Position numbers and translations under genes: made by a program. 64,000 bases of DNA from Eledone cirrhosa (taxonomy: Eukaryota): contig OZ024741.1 of the NCBI GenBank assembly GCA_964016885.1, positions 291,648,001-291,712,000 on the forward strand, in the 5' to 3' direction. How positions within the stretch are numbered: position 1 is the stretch's first letter; each line of letters begins with the position of its first letter. The notes beneath the pieces were generated by a model. It saw only the letters and a program-made list of their open reading frames with translations. It did no database searches and was not told the DNA's origin. Of this stretch, positions 1 through 17,595 are shown one piece after another.

Positions 1-199
1 ACAGGCTTTGGGCGTGCTACGGATCGATGTTCTGTTTTAAGCGACGAAACGTCTAGAATCCGTAGTAAACAGCTGACGAAGGGAAACTTTTCTTCTCTTG
101 TTAATGTCCCGATTACCTTCTAACACTTCGTTTTCAGTAACCACACAGCCTCTCCTCCTTGCCTATACACACCACGCACAGACACACACACACACACGC

Positions 200-319
<120 letters not shown>

Positions 320-491
320 GAATGGAAGCCAAGCACTCCATGAGGAATCTCAGAGTAATAACATACGTTAGACGACATGATAAATTGAAAACTGTGGCAG
401 CGAGAAACAACAGATCAATATATATATATATATATATAAGTATGTATGTATACGTACATACATATATGTATACAGACGTACAGTAGCATGC

Positions 492-527
<36 letters not shown>

Positions 528-1563
528 ATATACATACAGGTACACATACATATATGCACGCATCAGTTTAGCGGACGCTTATTATAACGCCGCTTTGTTC
601 GTTTGTACACAAACTGAACAGCCTGAATTTATGCCGTACGGTGTTAAGGCAACCACGTCACCTTTTTGTTCAACACTGACACAGGAACGATGTACTAGTT
701 TCAAGCTTGTTAGCTATCATCAGCACCGTATACCCTTCTGCCAGATAGTTGAACGTTCGAAAGTATATACTTTCCTTATGAAAATTAATTTAGAAACACA
801 CAGATACATGCGGACACACACATATACATGAATGCATCCACATTCAACCGGATTGGTCTGTCCCAGTCATTCATTGAGCAACATCGGTGAGGTTGGCACC
901 ATTAACTCACGGTTGGGTGTGGATGCATTCATGTATATGTGTGTGTCCGCATGTATATGTGTGTTTCTAAATATATTGTTCATAACTCCCTCTGGTCGAG
1001 TAATCTTTGAAGTGTGGTGACTGCTGGAAAGCTGCCAATACTCATACTCCTCGCCTCCTTCACCACCTCTTCTACGGCTTCGATATAAATACCCCTTCCG
1101 CCTCTGTGGTATTTTCTTCGGGGTTATAAGAGGCTTAGCTCTGTTTCTCGACCGTTATATCGCGTGACTATCTCCCCCTCCGCCTTTTGGGATTCTTTCT
1201 CACGTCGTGTAGACGCGTTCTTGAAGCTAGTAAAATGAGGTATCCTCATGATAAGTCGGCAGACCTCGCAAGGACTCTATATCTTTGTGATGTATTGTTT
1301 TTGTTTATGCCACGAAACTACGTAGTCGAGGAATCTAGGAGCAGTTTAGGTATGATACATTTTATTACTAATTATATCTAAATGTTTCTTCTCTCTTCAT
1401 AATGTATTTTTAACTCTGATACTGGTTCAGTCTGATTCAACCGGATTGGTCTGTCCCAGTCATTCATTGAGCAACATCGGTGAGGTTGGCACCATTAACT
1501 CACGGTTGGGTGTGGATGCATTCATCTATATGTGTGTGTCCGCATGTATCTGTGTGTTTCTAA

Positions 1564-1646
<83 letters not shown>

Positions 1647-1714
1647 CGTTTCTGAATTTGTTTAGCAAGATTCTTTATCTGAAAAAGTGTTAAAACCAAT
1701 ATTGTTATACTTTG

Positions 1715-2465
1715 GGAGGGTGATGTTGCCAATAAGAAACACACGCACCAGATGCTTTCACTTCAATTTATTATAAATTAAATTTATAAATTTAGGAATT
1801 TATAAATTTCCGGTTGGTTGGTTGGCTCCACAACCAGATGATTGTTCATATATCGTCAAATTTCTTTCGTCACACATTATGTGACCTCTTCAGTGACTGG
1901 GGATTCTTTTCTTTGTTTTTGTGCCTCTCCTTTGTTCTGTCCTACGCCATCTTGTTTTTGTGTGTGTTGTGTGCTTAGTTTGCGCATGTGTTACATCCGG
2001 GTGTGTGTTTATATTTGTTTATTTATTTGTTTATTTACATGTTACTGGTTGGTTGTTTGTTCTATGTGTGTATGTTTTCACTTTGTCCTTAATTGTAAGT
2101 TGTGATGTTCCTGTTCCATTCATGTTTTCTATTTAATTTTGGTTGGAGTTCATTTATGTCTATTGCCTCTGTGATTTGTCTAAACATTGCGTCTTTTCTG
2201 TGTGTAGATTCTATTTTTATTTCTATGTTCTCTAATTTACCCTTATGTTCTAGTTTAGCATGTTGGTAGAGTACAGATGATTCTTTACTATCTTGAAGCT
2301 CTCGCCAGTGTTCATTTATCCATTCCCCTATACTACGAGCTGTCTCACCTATGTACACTATATTCTTATCTCTACATTGTACTTCAGTACATCTTATGCT
2401 ACATACTACATTTTTAGTTTTAGAGTTAATATGGGGGCTTAATTTACAGATTATACATTTCTTTG
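1715..2465 (-). mobile_element. Penelope-like element 3' fragment (GIY-YIG endonuclease)
   Basis: ORF 2089-2358: VYIGETARSIGEWINEH...FRQITEAIDINELQPKLN. Nearly the same sequence recurs at ~47441-48190. Confidence 0.85.
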
Positions 2466-2486
2466 AAGATACCTCCCTGTATAGAT

Positions 2487-5545
<3,059 letters not shown>

Positions 5546-5819
5546 TTGCAGCGATAGAAATCTGAACACTTTTATTACCTCAACTGAAGTTAATAGCAGT
5601 CGTCGTGTTTCTGATTGGTGTGTCTCCATATGGGGGAATGAATTCTGTGAGAGAACATCGTTATTTCTTCTCCCTCATATCAAGAATTTGAAGACAATTC
5701 ATTTTCAGCTGATGAGATCAGTGATAATCGATCATAGCTTCACAATCGATCTATCTCTTATTGAAACATTTGTCGTGGTTAAATGATTGGAACTTTACCT
5801 TGCCTTCGGATTCTCATTT

Positions 5820-6975
<1,156 letters not shown>

Positions 6976-7284
6976 AAAATATGGGTGAGAAGAATACTGC
7001 TGGTTGCACATGGATAACATGTTATAAAATGAGTCCCTCATCAGTGATTTACCAAACGATCATGAGTATTTCATCGCATTAAAAATCAAGGTTAATAGAA
7101 ACGCGTAAAGCGAGTGAGACAAGTAAACAACACAGGGGGAAGCTAACCGAAGATGGAAATAAACACAAGCAACATAGTTATTCTTTCAGCATAAGCTGTG
7201 TGAATATATGAGCGAGTCAGAAAACAGACCTTTCGCTAGTGAATCCGGTGTTAGAAAGAAATATATATATATATATGTATATTT

Positions 7285-7320
<36 letters not shown>

Positions 7321-7487
7321 CATATTAAGCTGTGATCTGATTACAGTTCTATATACTCACAGCTTTATATACTCACAGCTAGACATACATAAATATATTG
7401 CGAGGCGTCTAAATACAACTTTATTCTGAACTAAACCGCGTTAGTCTTATCGCTAACTATCACTTGTCTTTTTTGTATTTTCTCCAG

Positions 7488-7583
7488 GTTTTTATGATTG
7501 AATTGTGGTTTGACAGATTAACAGGGCAATATATTCCATTGCGTGAGATGAACATAAACATCACCAATTTAGCCTTTATGTAA
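7488..7583 (+). pseudogene. Truncated duplicate of the gene A penultimate exon (pseudo-exon)
   Basis: tctccag|GTT TTT ATG... encodes [31 protein letters not shown], nearly identical to the start of the 7752 exon. The upstream intron sequence (~7375-7487 vs ~7611-7751) is also duplicated. Confidence 0.8.
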
Positions 7584-7751
7584 AGTTGTGATATGATCAG
7601 GCATTTACATACAGCTTGACCTATGCATGGCTAATATACACAGACATATTGTTTAGGCGTTCAAATACGCCATTATTCTGAAATACATAGTTAGTGTTAT
7701 TCCTAACTATCTCTAGTCTTTTTTTTTTTATTTCACTTTTCTTTTCTACAG

Positions 7752-8497
7752 GCTTTTATGATTGAAATTTGGTTTGACAGATTAACAGAAGATTATATTC
7801 CATTGCGTGAGATGAACATAAACATCACCAATTTAGCCTATTATGTTGCGAAAGGCGAACAAATCACCGCCAGTAATGCTCTTGTAGGTAGCGACATTAA
7901 ACGTAAGGAACTCATGGATTTGGCAATTTTACGATTTCCTGATATCACAAATCCTACTGTAAGTATGCTTTCATATATAGAAAGTTTATATACTAATTTC
8001 TAAGATGGGCATAAAGGGTAGAAAAATGTCATGTTGTGATGTTCATGTTTCTCAATAATATTAGTGTTATCTTTGCAACATCATATTTTCCAGTAACTGC
8101 TTCACAATGTTGAGCAGAAAATATTTCTCTCTAGCATTTATACAAGGCCAGCAATTTAAGGGAAATGGAAAGCCATATTTATCGACCCAGTTTTTAACTG
8201 CTACATTATTTTACAGAAAACAAAAGGAGGAATAGCAAAGTTGACCTTGGCGGGATTTGAAATTAAAACGCACACAGCCATGTAAGAATGGTGCAAAACA
8301 TTCTATTTGAAGCTCTAAATCTTTGGACAATTCATCGCTTAAAGTCATTAATAATTCTGGTCATCAATTTAGAGAAAGAGAAAATGGATTATATCGACCA
8401 CCGTGGTGCCAAGCAGTCGAGAGTTTACCCGCCCCCTTTCTCTCTCTTTATATATATATAACGAACGAAGTGTAGTAAAGAACCAGAAGGACCATAA

Positions 8498-8587
<90 letters not shown>

Positions 8588-8883
8588 GTGTGCGTGTGCG
8601 TGTGTGTGCGTATGTGTGTGTGTATATGAACAGATTCCTCACCCGTTACTTGTACGAAATTTCATACAATTATTTATTTTATTTCAAATTTTAGGTGTTT
8701 ATGATCAATCTTGACGCCTACAGAAAGTCGCTTCGTCTTTTCGTCCTGAAAAATGTAGTTGTTGGTGCTCGTTGCAGATTTAACTATGCCAGATATGTTC
8801 CCAACGAAGAATATATTAAGAATTTGCAGAAAGAAACTAAACAAGCCCTCATTAAAGATATAGACACATTATTTGATATGTAA
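7752..8883 (+). CDS. Gene A (3' part): last two coding exons (7752-7958, 8695-8883) of an uncharacterised protein, paralog of genes B and C; 5' exons presumably upstream of the window
   Basis: Acceptor ttttctacag|GCT at 7752 and donor ACT|gtaagt at 7958 (phase 0); acceptor attttag|GTG at 8695; stop TAA 8881-8883. Translation [11 protein letters not shown]...[11 protein letters not shown]...[16 protein letters not shown] / [15 protein letters not shown]...[15 protein letters not shown]...KDIDTLFDM* aligns by eye with exons 4-5 of gene B. Confidence 0.85.
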
Positions 8884-9016
8884 TGACCTACCTTACTCAC
8901 TACCACTTAACCGATGTGCACACTTTTTAGTCTATATCTATATCTATATATATATATATATATATATGTGTGTATATACATACATACATACATACATACA
9001 TACATACATACATACA

Positions 9017-9050
<34 letters not shown>

Positions 9051-9051
9051 C

Positions 9052-9240
<189 letters not shown>

Positions 9241-9770
9241 TACATATATATATATATATATACATACATATATATATATATATATCATAAATCATGTCCT
9301 TAGAATTATTAGATAAAATATATACCAATTCCTCTTCCAATTAGCATAATTAACCATATAAAAAATCAATTAGACCAAGCTATAAGAAGAAAGGCTCTTA
9401 TGAAGAAATCTCCGACAAATAACCGAAAGTGGCCCCTTCGCGGCATATATATCTATAACTTTATGTATATGTAAACCTTTATATTTAATTATCTCCCGTT
9501 AGGTTGAGATTCAATTTGGCGATATTTGGCTGCGCTTTCTTGCAACAAGCCTACCCGCCGTAAGCAACCAATCACATTCTTTCTAGCTTGACCACAGCCA
9601 CATAGCGATTCTTAGCCATTTTTTAATCTAATTTTGGCGCGATCAAGCGTTAACCTAATAAATACCTTCCATATACTGTACCGATTGTGTTATTATTTTT
9701 GTTTACCTTTTACATATATATATATGAAGCTGAAAGTGTATATATATGTGTGTGTATCTATTTATATATA

Positions 9771-9805
<35 letters not shown>

Positions 9806-10720
9806 GAGGTAAATATCTTACTGAGTACTAAGTACCCATAGAGATATATAGAGTGTCTATAATATAATTGTTGTTCTATGGTACTAATTCGAGATACCAG
9901 AACTATAATAATTGATGAGCAGAACAAACAGACATTAAACAATTATTTAAATAAATTAAAAAATGAATTAAATATCTACCTGTTCATAATGCTATTACCG
10001 GCGGTTTCCATTTACAAAAGATTAGAAATTCAGAGAATTTCCAATGGAAAGTAAATTTCATCAGATAGCTATTTCCATCCTATAGGACTTAAGTCCCACG
10101 GTCTGCAAATATAATGCCAACTACCAGCTCGTATGAGTTATGGCCGTTAAAGTGACCCACACGTGAACCGGCCGCTAGTGAAAGCGGGAATATTACAGAC
10201 GTGTTGATGGCTTTGCTGCTAAAAAAATATAGCAGTAAGCAACAACGAATTTTTTCTCTACATAGATTGGAGAATATATAAAAATGAGGTAAATATCTCA
10301 CTGAGTAATAAGTGCCCATAGAGATGTATAGGGTGTCTATAATATTATTTTTGTTCTATGGTACTAATTCGAGATAGCAGAACTATAAAAATTGATGTGC
10401 AGAACAAACAAACATTAAACAATCCTTTAAATAAATTAAAAAATGATTTAAATATATACCTATTCATAATGCTATTACCGGCGGTTTCCATTTACAAAAG
10501 ATTAGAAATTCAGAGAATTTCCAACGGAAAGTAAATTTCATCAAGTCCTATAGGATGGAAATAGCTATCTGATGAAATTTACTTTCCGTTGGAAATTCTC
10601 TGAATTTCTAATCTTTTGTAAATGGAAACCGCTGGTAATAGCATTATGAACAGGTATATATTTAAATCATTTTTTAATTTATTTAAAGAATTGTTTAATG
10701 TTTGTCTGTTCTACTCATCA

Positions 10721-10756
<36 letters not shown>

Positions 10757-10761
<5 letters not shown>

Positions 10762-10858
10762 AGTAAGTAAGACCCCGACGGCTGAGCTCAAGCCGTTTCG
10801 ACGGCTAATTCCATCGAAACGGCTTGAGCTCAGCCGTCGGGGTCTTACTTACTCCTAT
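10757..10858. repeat. ~100-bp hairpin element (related copy at 50251-50365)
   Basis: ataggagtaagtaagaccccgacggctgagctcaagccgtttcga / tcgaaacggcttgagctcagccgtcggggtcttacttactcctat. Both copies are followed by the same ~80-bp tail tacccactctactac...ggttccttaccac. Confidence 0.9.
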
Positions 10859-11699
10859 TACCCACTCTACTACCCTAAGTATTGAGTACTTTGGTGCGTT
10901 ATGGTCCACCTGGTTCCTTACCACTTTTCCCTCGCTATATATATATATATATATAGATATATATATATATATATACGTTTGTGTTTGTGTGTGTGTATAG
11001 AAAGATGTGAATGACATTTAATAATAGTTGTTATTCTTTAATGCTCGAATGAGTTACAATGTGTATTTCTTGTATGTAAACTGGAGAAATGCGTTCTAAG
11101 GTGTGATCACTTAGAGTTACAATAATTACACATTGTAAAACACTTGATTGTTAATTAATAACAACCATTATAAAAGTTATTCATATCATATTTCAAATAT
11201 ATTTTAATCTACAAACGATCCATGACTAAAGTGTGTGTCAATGATTAAATGATATCAGATTTATAATGACCAACATATGATTTTTTGAAATAAAAATTAA
11301 CTAATATTTGGTATATATACTTGGTGTTAACTTTTATTTTGACTGAAAGATAAAATTATAGATCTGACAATTAACTTCGCTGGGATGAAACTTAATTTCA
11401 TGAACCAGAATTAAAGAGTAAGTACTATATAATCATTAATTATACCTATATTATATATAATATAGTCCTGTAAATATTACTGTCAATGAAATAAAATTAG
11501 ATAATATCATTACCTGATGTATTGAGTAAATTACTTTAATTGTGGCTCTCAGCAATTCTACAATAAATATGTATGTGTTTGTTTGTGTCTGTGTTCATAC
11601 ATACCTACATACATACATACATACATACATACATACATACATACATACATACATACATACATACATACATACATACATACATAGAGGACATAAATCATT

Positions 11700-12685
11700 G
11701 AAAAAGCCTGACATGGAGTTCCGACAAGTTTATGACATCCCACCTTGAAGGATATCTCTATGCAATAGAGGAACAAGAAATCTGCTACACAAAAGAGGAG
11801 GACTATCAGTCGACAATAAATGTAGGCTTCGTAAAACAAAGATCGAAGATGTTAGCCACATTGTTGCCAACTGCGAAAGATTGTCATCTCGCTACTACTT
11901 CCCTATGAGACACGGTGTGATAGCCAGAACCATCTGGAGCGCACTTAGGAAAACAAAATTAAAAGCAAATGAGGAGGAATATTTCAGATGACTAGCACTA
12001 ACAAATACTGGTGGAACCTGAAAATAAAATCTGCCACCAAATTAAAACACAACCCGCCTGATATTGTTGTTTGGGACCACACATTTAAAACGTGCACTGT
12101 TGTAGAGACCAGCTGTCCACTTGATGTCAACCTTGTAAGAAAAATACAAAAAATACAAGAGAAGGAGGACATCTACGGACCATTGATGAGGAGTTTGCAG
12201 ATCCTGTATCCAAGATACACTTTCAGCTTCATACCCATCATTATTGGACCAAAGTATAACTGAAATTGGATTTGTGGACAAAGAGCGCAGCTCCCTAATT
12301 CCTAGACTTCAAATGGCTCCGATAGCTGGCAACTTCAAAATTTGCAAAACATTCTTACGATTCAAGGGACAATTTCTTTTCTTTTACAACCTTGCCACCA
12401 GGAAGGTGGCCGGTCAAAAATGTACTCGAAATTAAGAGAAAGCGAGACATACATACAAGCATAAATACATACATGCATACATATATACATACATAAATAC
12501 ATAAATACATACATACACAAACATACAAAGATACATACATACAATACTGTCTCAGTAAAAGACTAGAGAAGCTGGACTTCACGGAGCCAGAAAGGACGTA
12601 GTTAGTTAGGAAGTTGCACGTACAGTTCATTAACAAAACAGCAAAACTATGTAAAACATTTGAGAAATTTATGATGTATTAACTG
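11700..12685 (+). mobile_element. Non-LTR retrotransposon 3' fragments with restriction-like endonuclease (R2/R4/NeSL type)
   Basis: Degenerate CCHC knuckle (CRL..KIEDVSHIVANC), RH motif, WWNLKI...NPPDIVVWD...VVETSCP...EKEDIYGPL...IPIIIG; second C-terminal piece at ~12550-12685. Confidence 0.75.
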
Positions 12686-13234
12686 CATATATACATGCAT
12701 AGATACAGGAATATTACACATATATACAAATAACATAAAATATACAGATACGCACATGCAATTAGACATATATCTTCACACACACACACACATAAACAGA
12801 CAAACACATACAGACTCACAGGTATTTATCTAGTAGATGTATAAATTCCATTAAAAATGTCTTATTTCTATTGGTGTACATTTATGAAATAATAACTGTT
12901 TCTAATTTTGTCACAAAGCCAGCAAATACCCAGTGCATTTCTGGTACATTATTTTATCGACCCAGTAAGGACTAAACGAAAGTTAACCCCGGCGGGATTT
13001 GAACTCAGAATGGCAAGGGCCGTAACTCTATGTTTCCAAGCATGGTGTCCAACCCTCTACTGATACTGCCAATCCAACACCAGAAGATCATATACATATA
13101 CACACATATGCACACACACGTACGCACGTACGCACATACTCATGTAGATTCATGGAGCATACATACATACGTACATACACACATACATACACACATATAT
13201 ATATATATACACATACGTACATACATACATACAT

Positions 13235-13585
13235 GATGGCTGCCCCCTCGTTATCGAGTATGGCCATTGCATGATATACCATTATTAATAATTATTGATT
13301 AATTCTATCGTGCAATGCTTGTGCGTGAAGATATTTTTTAAAGTGAGGAAAGACTGTGCACTGAGCCAATCCCACTCTCTGAGCGACAATAGCTATAATC
13401 CGAAAAGAAGAAAAGATCAACATCATCGGTAACTACTGAGTCGCAGGTTTTATATCGGAGTTATCCCAGTTTCCTGAGTTGCCTTCTCTTAGAAGAATGC
13501 CCTGACAAAGGCTAGAGGTCCTTGAGTCCCAGTAGTTTAACCGCGTGATCGGGTGTCCATCCCGACTATTTCAATGTCCCCGCGC
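13235..13585. repeat. Dispersed ~300-350 bp repeat (further copies ~17604-17890, ~50711-51006, diverged ~22850-22990)
   Basis: Shared gtgaggaaagactgtgcactgagccaatcccactctctgagcgac...agaagaatgccctga. Copies lie next to the RTE LINE or (TACA)n tracts; probably a LINE-derived non-autonomous element. Confidence 0.8.
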
Positions 13586-13838
13586 ATATATATACATACA
13601 TATATAATACATACATACATACATACATACATACATACATACATACATACATACATACATGATGATGGCTGCCCCCTCGTTATCGAGTATGGCCATTGCA
13701 CGAGGAGAAAAATAAAAATTAATAAATGAATAAAAATTAAAATAAAAAAAAAGAAATATATATATATATATATATATACATACACACATACAAACACATA
13801 TACACACACACACATACACACACACATACATTAATAAC

Positions 13839-13870
<32 letters not shown>

Positions 13871-13964
13871 CAACAATAATAACGACAACAACAATAATAA
13901 TATACATATACATATATATATACACATACACGCACACACATAAGCATATCTATACACACACACA

Positions 13965-16900
13965 CGATAGCAACTAACAGCGCTGCGATCGAATGTAGCT
14001 TTTTAGCCCAGCCAATGATCTAAAATGTCTTGCACAGAGTCGGCAATCAAAACATTCACTGGGAATAGTCGGCTGTGGTTGGAGTTCGTGTACTTTTGCA
14101 TGTCCCTTGAGCCCTCCTGCTGATTTACATTATCTACCACATGTTTGGCAAGCATGATGAGTAGCATCTCCAACAGCAGCCTGGTAGTCAACCACTGGTC
14201 TTATTTTATGACTGCGAAGATGACTTTCGAGTCCAGCTTTGCTTAGGCAGAGTCTCGCACAGACGCTGCATGTCAGCACCATAGGAGGACCCTCGCCGTC
14301 TGGAAGTGCAACAGCAATGCCCTTCCTCACATCCCGCTTTACTTTCTCGTATGCGATTCGAGATGCCTCAAAGGCAAATTTTCCCTCATATAGTCTTTCT
14401 CCATTTATTACGATTAGCAGCAATATTTTCCCATGTATCAGCAGAGATGTTAGCGTCTTTCAGAGAGGCTTTCAAGGAATCCTTATACCTCTTTTTTGGT
14501 TTATGTGGCGGTCGTTTTCCTTTAACCAACTCTCCATAAAAGAGTTGTTTTGGTATTCTAGAATCCTTCGTCCTGGCAAGGTGACCACTCCAACGGAGTC
14601 GTTGCTTAAGCACAAGAGCTTCTATACTGTCACACATAGAGCTTTCCAAAATCTCGACATCACTGATGTGGTCCCTCCAGTGAACGCCATGGATCCGTCT
14701 GAGACACATCTGGTAGAAACGCTCCAATTGCTTAAGGTGGTGTCGATATGTGACCCAGGTATCGCAGGCATAAAGAAGACAAGAGAGCACACATGCCCTG
14801 TACACCTTTACCTTTGTCCTCCTGCATATGTCTCGCCTACCCCAGAGTCGCCTTTCTATCTTTCAGAAAGCATCACTTGCTTTCCTAATCCTAAGTGAGA
14901 TTTCACTGTCAAGGTTGCTGTATCGATTGACAGTGCTTCCCAGGTAGACAAACTGATCAACCACTCCTAGTCGTTTGCCATACACATAGATGTTTGGTTC
15001 AGTGTACTCCTTACCAGGGTCAGGTTGGTACATGACGACGGTTTTCTTGAGACTGACAGTCAATCCTAGGGCAGTGCAAGCGTCAGAAAATGCATTCAAA
15101 ATGTGCTGCATATCACTCTCTTTGTGCGCTACAAGATCGCAATCATCTGCATACAAGAGGTCTCTTATGATTGATGTAAATACTTTTGTCTTCGCAGCAA
15201 AGCGCCTGATGTTAAATATGCTGCCTGAGGTTCGATATCGGATGTAAACACCATGCTCGCAATTCCTGAATGCAATACAGAAAACCATTGCAAAGTATAT
15301 GGCAAACAGGGTCGGTGCTGGAATATCCCCGTTTCACTCCATCTTTTACTGAGATAGGCTCCGACATGTTACCTCCGACATTAACCCAAGCCTTCATGTT
15401 GTCAAGGAAATACCTAACTAAAGCAAGGAACTTATCAGGGCACCAAGTTTCTGGAGAACTTTCCATAATGCATCTCTGTTAACAGTATCGAAAGCTTTTG
15501 GCAGTTCGACAAAAACCTGATACAGATCCAAGCCTTGTTCCATGCACTTATCCTGGAGCTGTCTAGCTGAGAAGATCATATCAGTAGTGCCGCGTCCAGC
15601 ACGAAAACCAGATTGACTTTCAGGAAGAACACAATCTGCAATGTGTGTCAGCAGACGGTCCAGAAGCACCCTACATAAAACTTTCCCTACGACAGAAAGC
15701 AATGATATACCTCTGTAGTTCCCACAATCATTACTGTTACCCTTTCCCTTGTACAAGACCACCATTACTGCATCTCTCCAGTCCTCAGGTACGGATTCAT
15801 TAGCCCATATCCTGCCAAACAAAGAGTGAAGATGTTGCAGGAGTCTCTCACCACCATATTGTAGGAGCTCAGCATGTATGCCATCCATACCTGGAGATCT
15901 TCCTCTGTTCAGCTTCGAAATAGCCACTGCAACCTCCACAAGCGTCGGAGGTACTGCGAGAGCTACTTTCACAGGACTTTCTGGAATGAGATTGAGGAAA
16001 TCTTCAATGACGACAGACCGCTGATTCAAAAGATCATCAAAGTGCTCTCGCCACCTTCGTAGAATTCCTTGTGAGTCACGAAGAAGTTCTTTGCCATCCT
16101 TGCTGCGAAGCGGCGTCACCAGAGAAGAAGACGGTCCATAAACCTCACGCAAGAGACTGTACAACAGCTTTGTGTTATTGGAATCTGACGCAGTTTGTAT
16201 CTCACCTGCCTTCTCACTCCACCACTGATCCTTCATCTGAGAAAGACTCCGCCTAACACGTGATTTTACATCTCTGAATTCCTTATGCAACGTATTCCTC
16301 TCCTGTGGTTTTTCCGTCAAGTAGCGTGACAGAGCACGCCTCTTATCAGCCAACAAGTCTTCTATATGCACATCATTCTCATTAAACCAGTCCTGATGTT
16401 TTCTCTGCACCAATCCCAGAACACGCCTGCCTACATCATAAACCGACTTTTTAAGGGTCGGCCAATCCTCATCAAGATCTGCAGCCTGCATCTCTTCTTC
16501 CAATGTCCTCTTCACATTTTTATCCTTAAGACGAGCAGCATTCAATCTTTTGGGCAGGGCAACACCAGGAGCCCGGATTTTACGTTTAGTGATTAGTTTC
16601 ACTTTTGCGCGTACCAGGCGGTGGTCCGGCCAGCACTCAGCTCCACGAAGAGCACGAACACACTGCACATCCTGTCTGTCACGCATCCTGACTAGGACGT
16701 AGTCCAAAAGATGCCATTCCTTAGATGCAGGATGCATCCATGTGGTCTTGAATTTGTTCTTTTGTTGGAACATGGTGTTGGTAACACACAGATCCAGCTC
16801 CTCACACATCTGCAGCAGGAGCATACCATTGTTGTTACACTTTCCCACCCCATGCCTTCCGATTACATTCCATGTGTTAAAATCCCTACCCTCGCTAGCA

Positions 16901-17510
16901 TTAAAGTCACCAAGCACGATGACTTTGTCTGCCTGAGGGATATTTCTTAAAACACCTTTCAAGGCATGGTAAAAGGACACTTTTTCTTCATAGACAGAAT
17001 TCATAGTTGGAGCATACACACTCACCAGGGTAGCATATCTTCCTTTGTCCAGCGGAACTCTCATGGACATAAGACGCTCACTAATCCCTACTGGGAATTC
17101 TTCTAATTTATTCACAAGTACAGTCTTAACAGCAAATCCTACCCCAGCCTCTCTTCTGGTTCCTTCATCTCTTCCTTTCCAGAAGAATGTATATTCTCCA
17201 CAAAATTCTGTAAGATGACCATCTCCAGCTAACCTCGTCTCAGATAAAGCCACGATGTCAAGATCGTAACGTCGAAGCTCCTTTGCAACAAGAGCGGTCC
17301 TTCGTTCAGGACACTCCAAGGAATCCCTGTCAAGCAGCGTCCGTAATTTCCAGCAGCCAAGACTAAATGCCTTGTTTGGCTCTATTACAATGGCACGATG
17401 ACGAGCGGGCCCAGGCTGTGATAACCTGAGGCCCTACCCTTATTGCCAATTATCTTTTTTGTTCCAGAACCTAAATTGCCAATTATCTCTGTTATATTGT
17501 TTTGGAACAT
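13965..17510 (-). mobile_element. Near full-length RTE-clade LINE (APE endonuclease + reverse transcriptase + C-terminal zinc finger), frameshifted
   Basis: ORF 15418-17319 carries APE motifs (ALSETRL, GVGFAV, YAPT, GDFNA, TWMHP, DYVL, DHRLV) and RT motifs (YRGISLL, QSGFR, KAFDTV). It continues in other frames: LYADDC (14863-15288), RLRWSGH (14386-14805), CSVCARLCLSKAGLESH (14130-14423). Confidence 0.93.
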
Positions 17511-17550
17511 CATTGAATTGAAAAAAAAAAAAAAAAAAAAAGTAATAATA

Positions 17551-17595
<45 letters not shown>

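Noticed and set aside
40-100. cgaaacgtc ... ctgacga hammerhead-like words at the window start
   Set aside because: I could not build consistent stems I and II from the visible sequence, and the upstream context lies outside the window.
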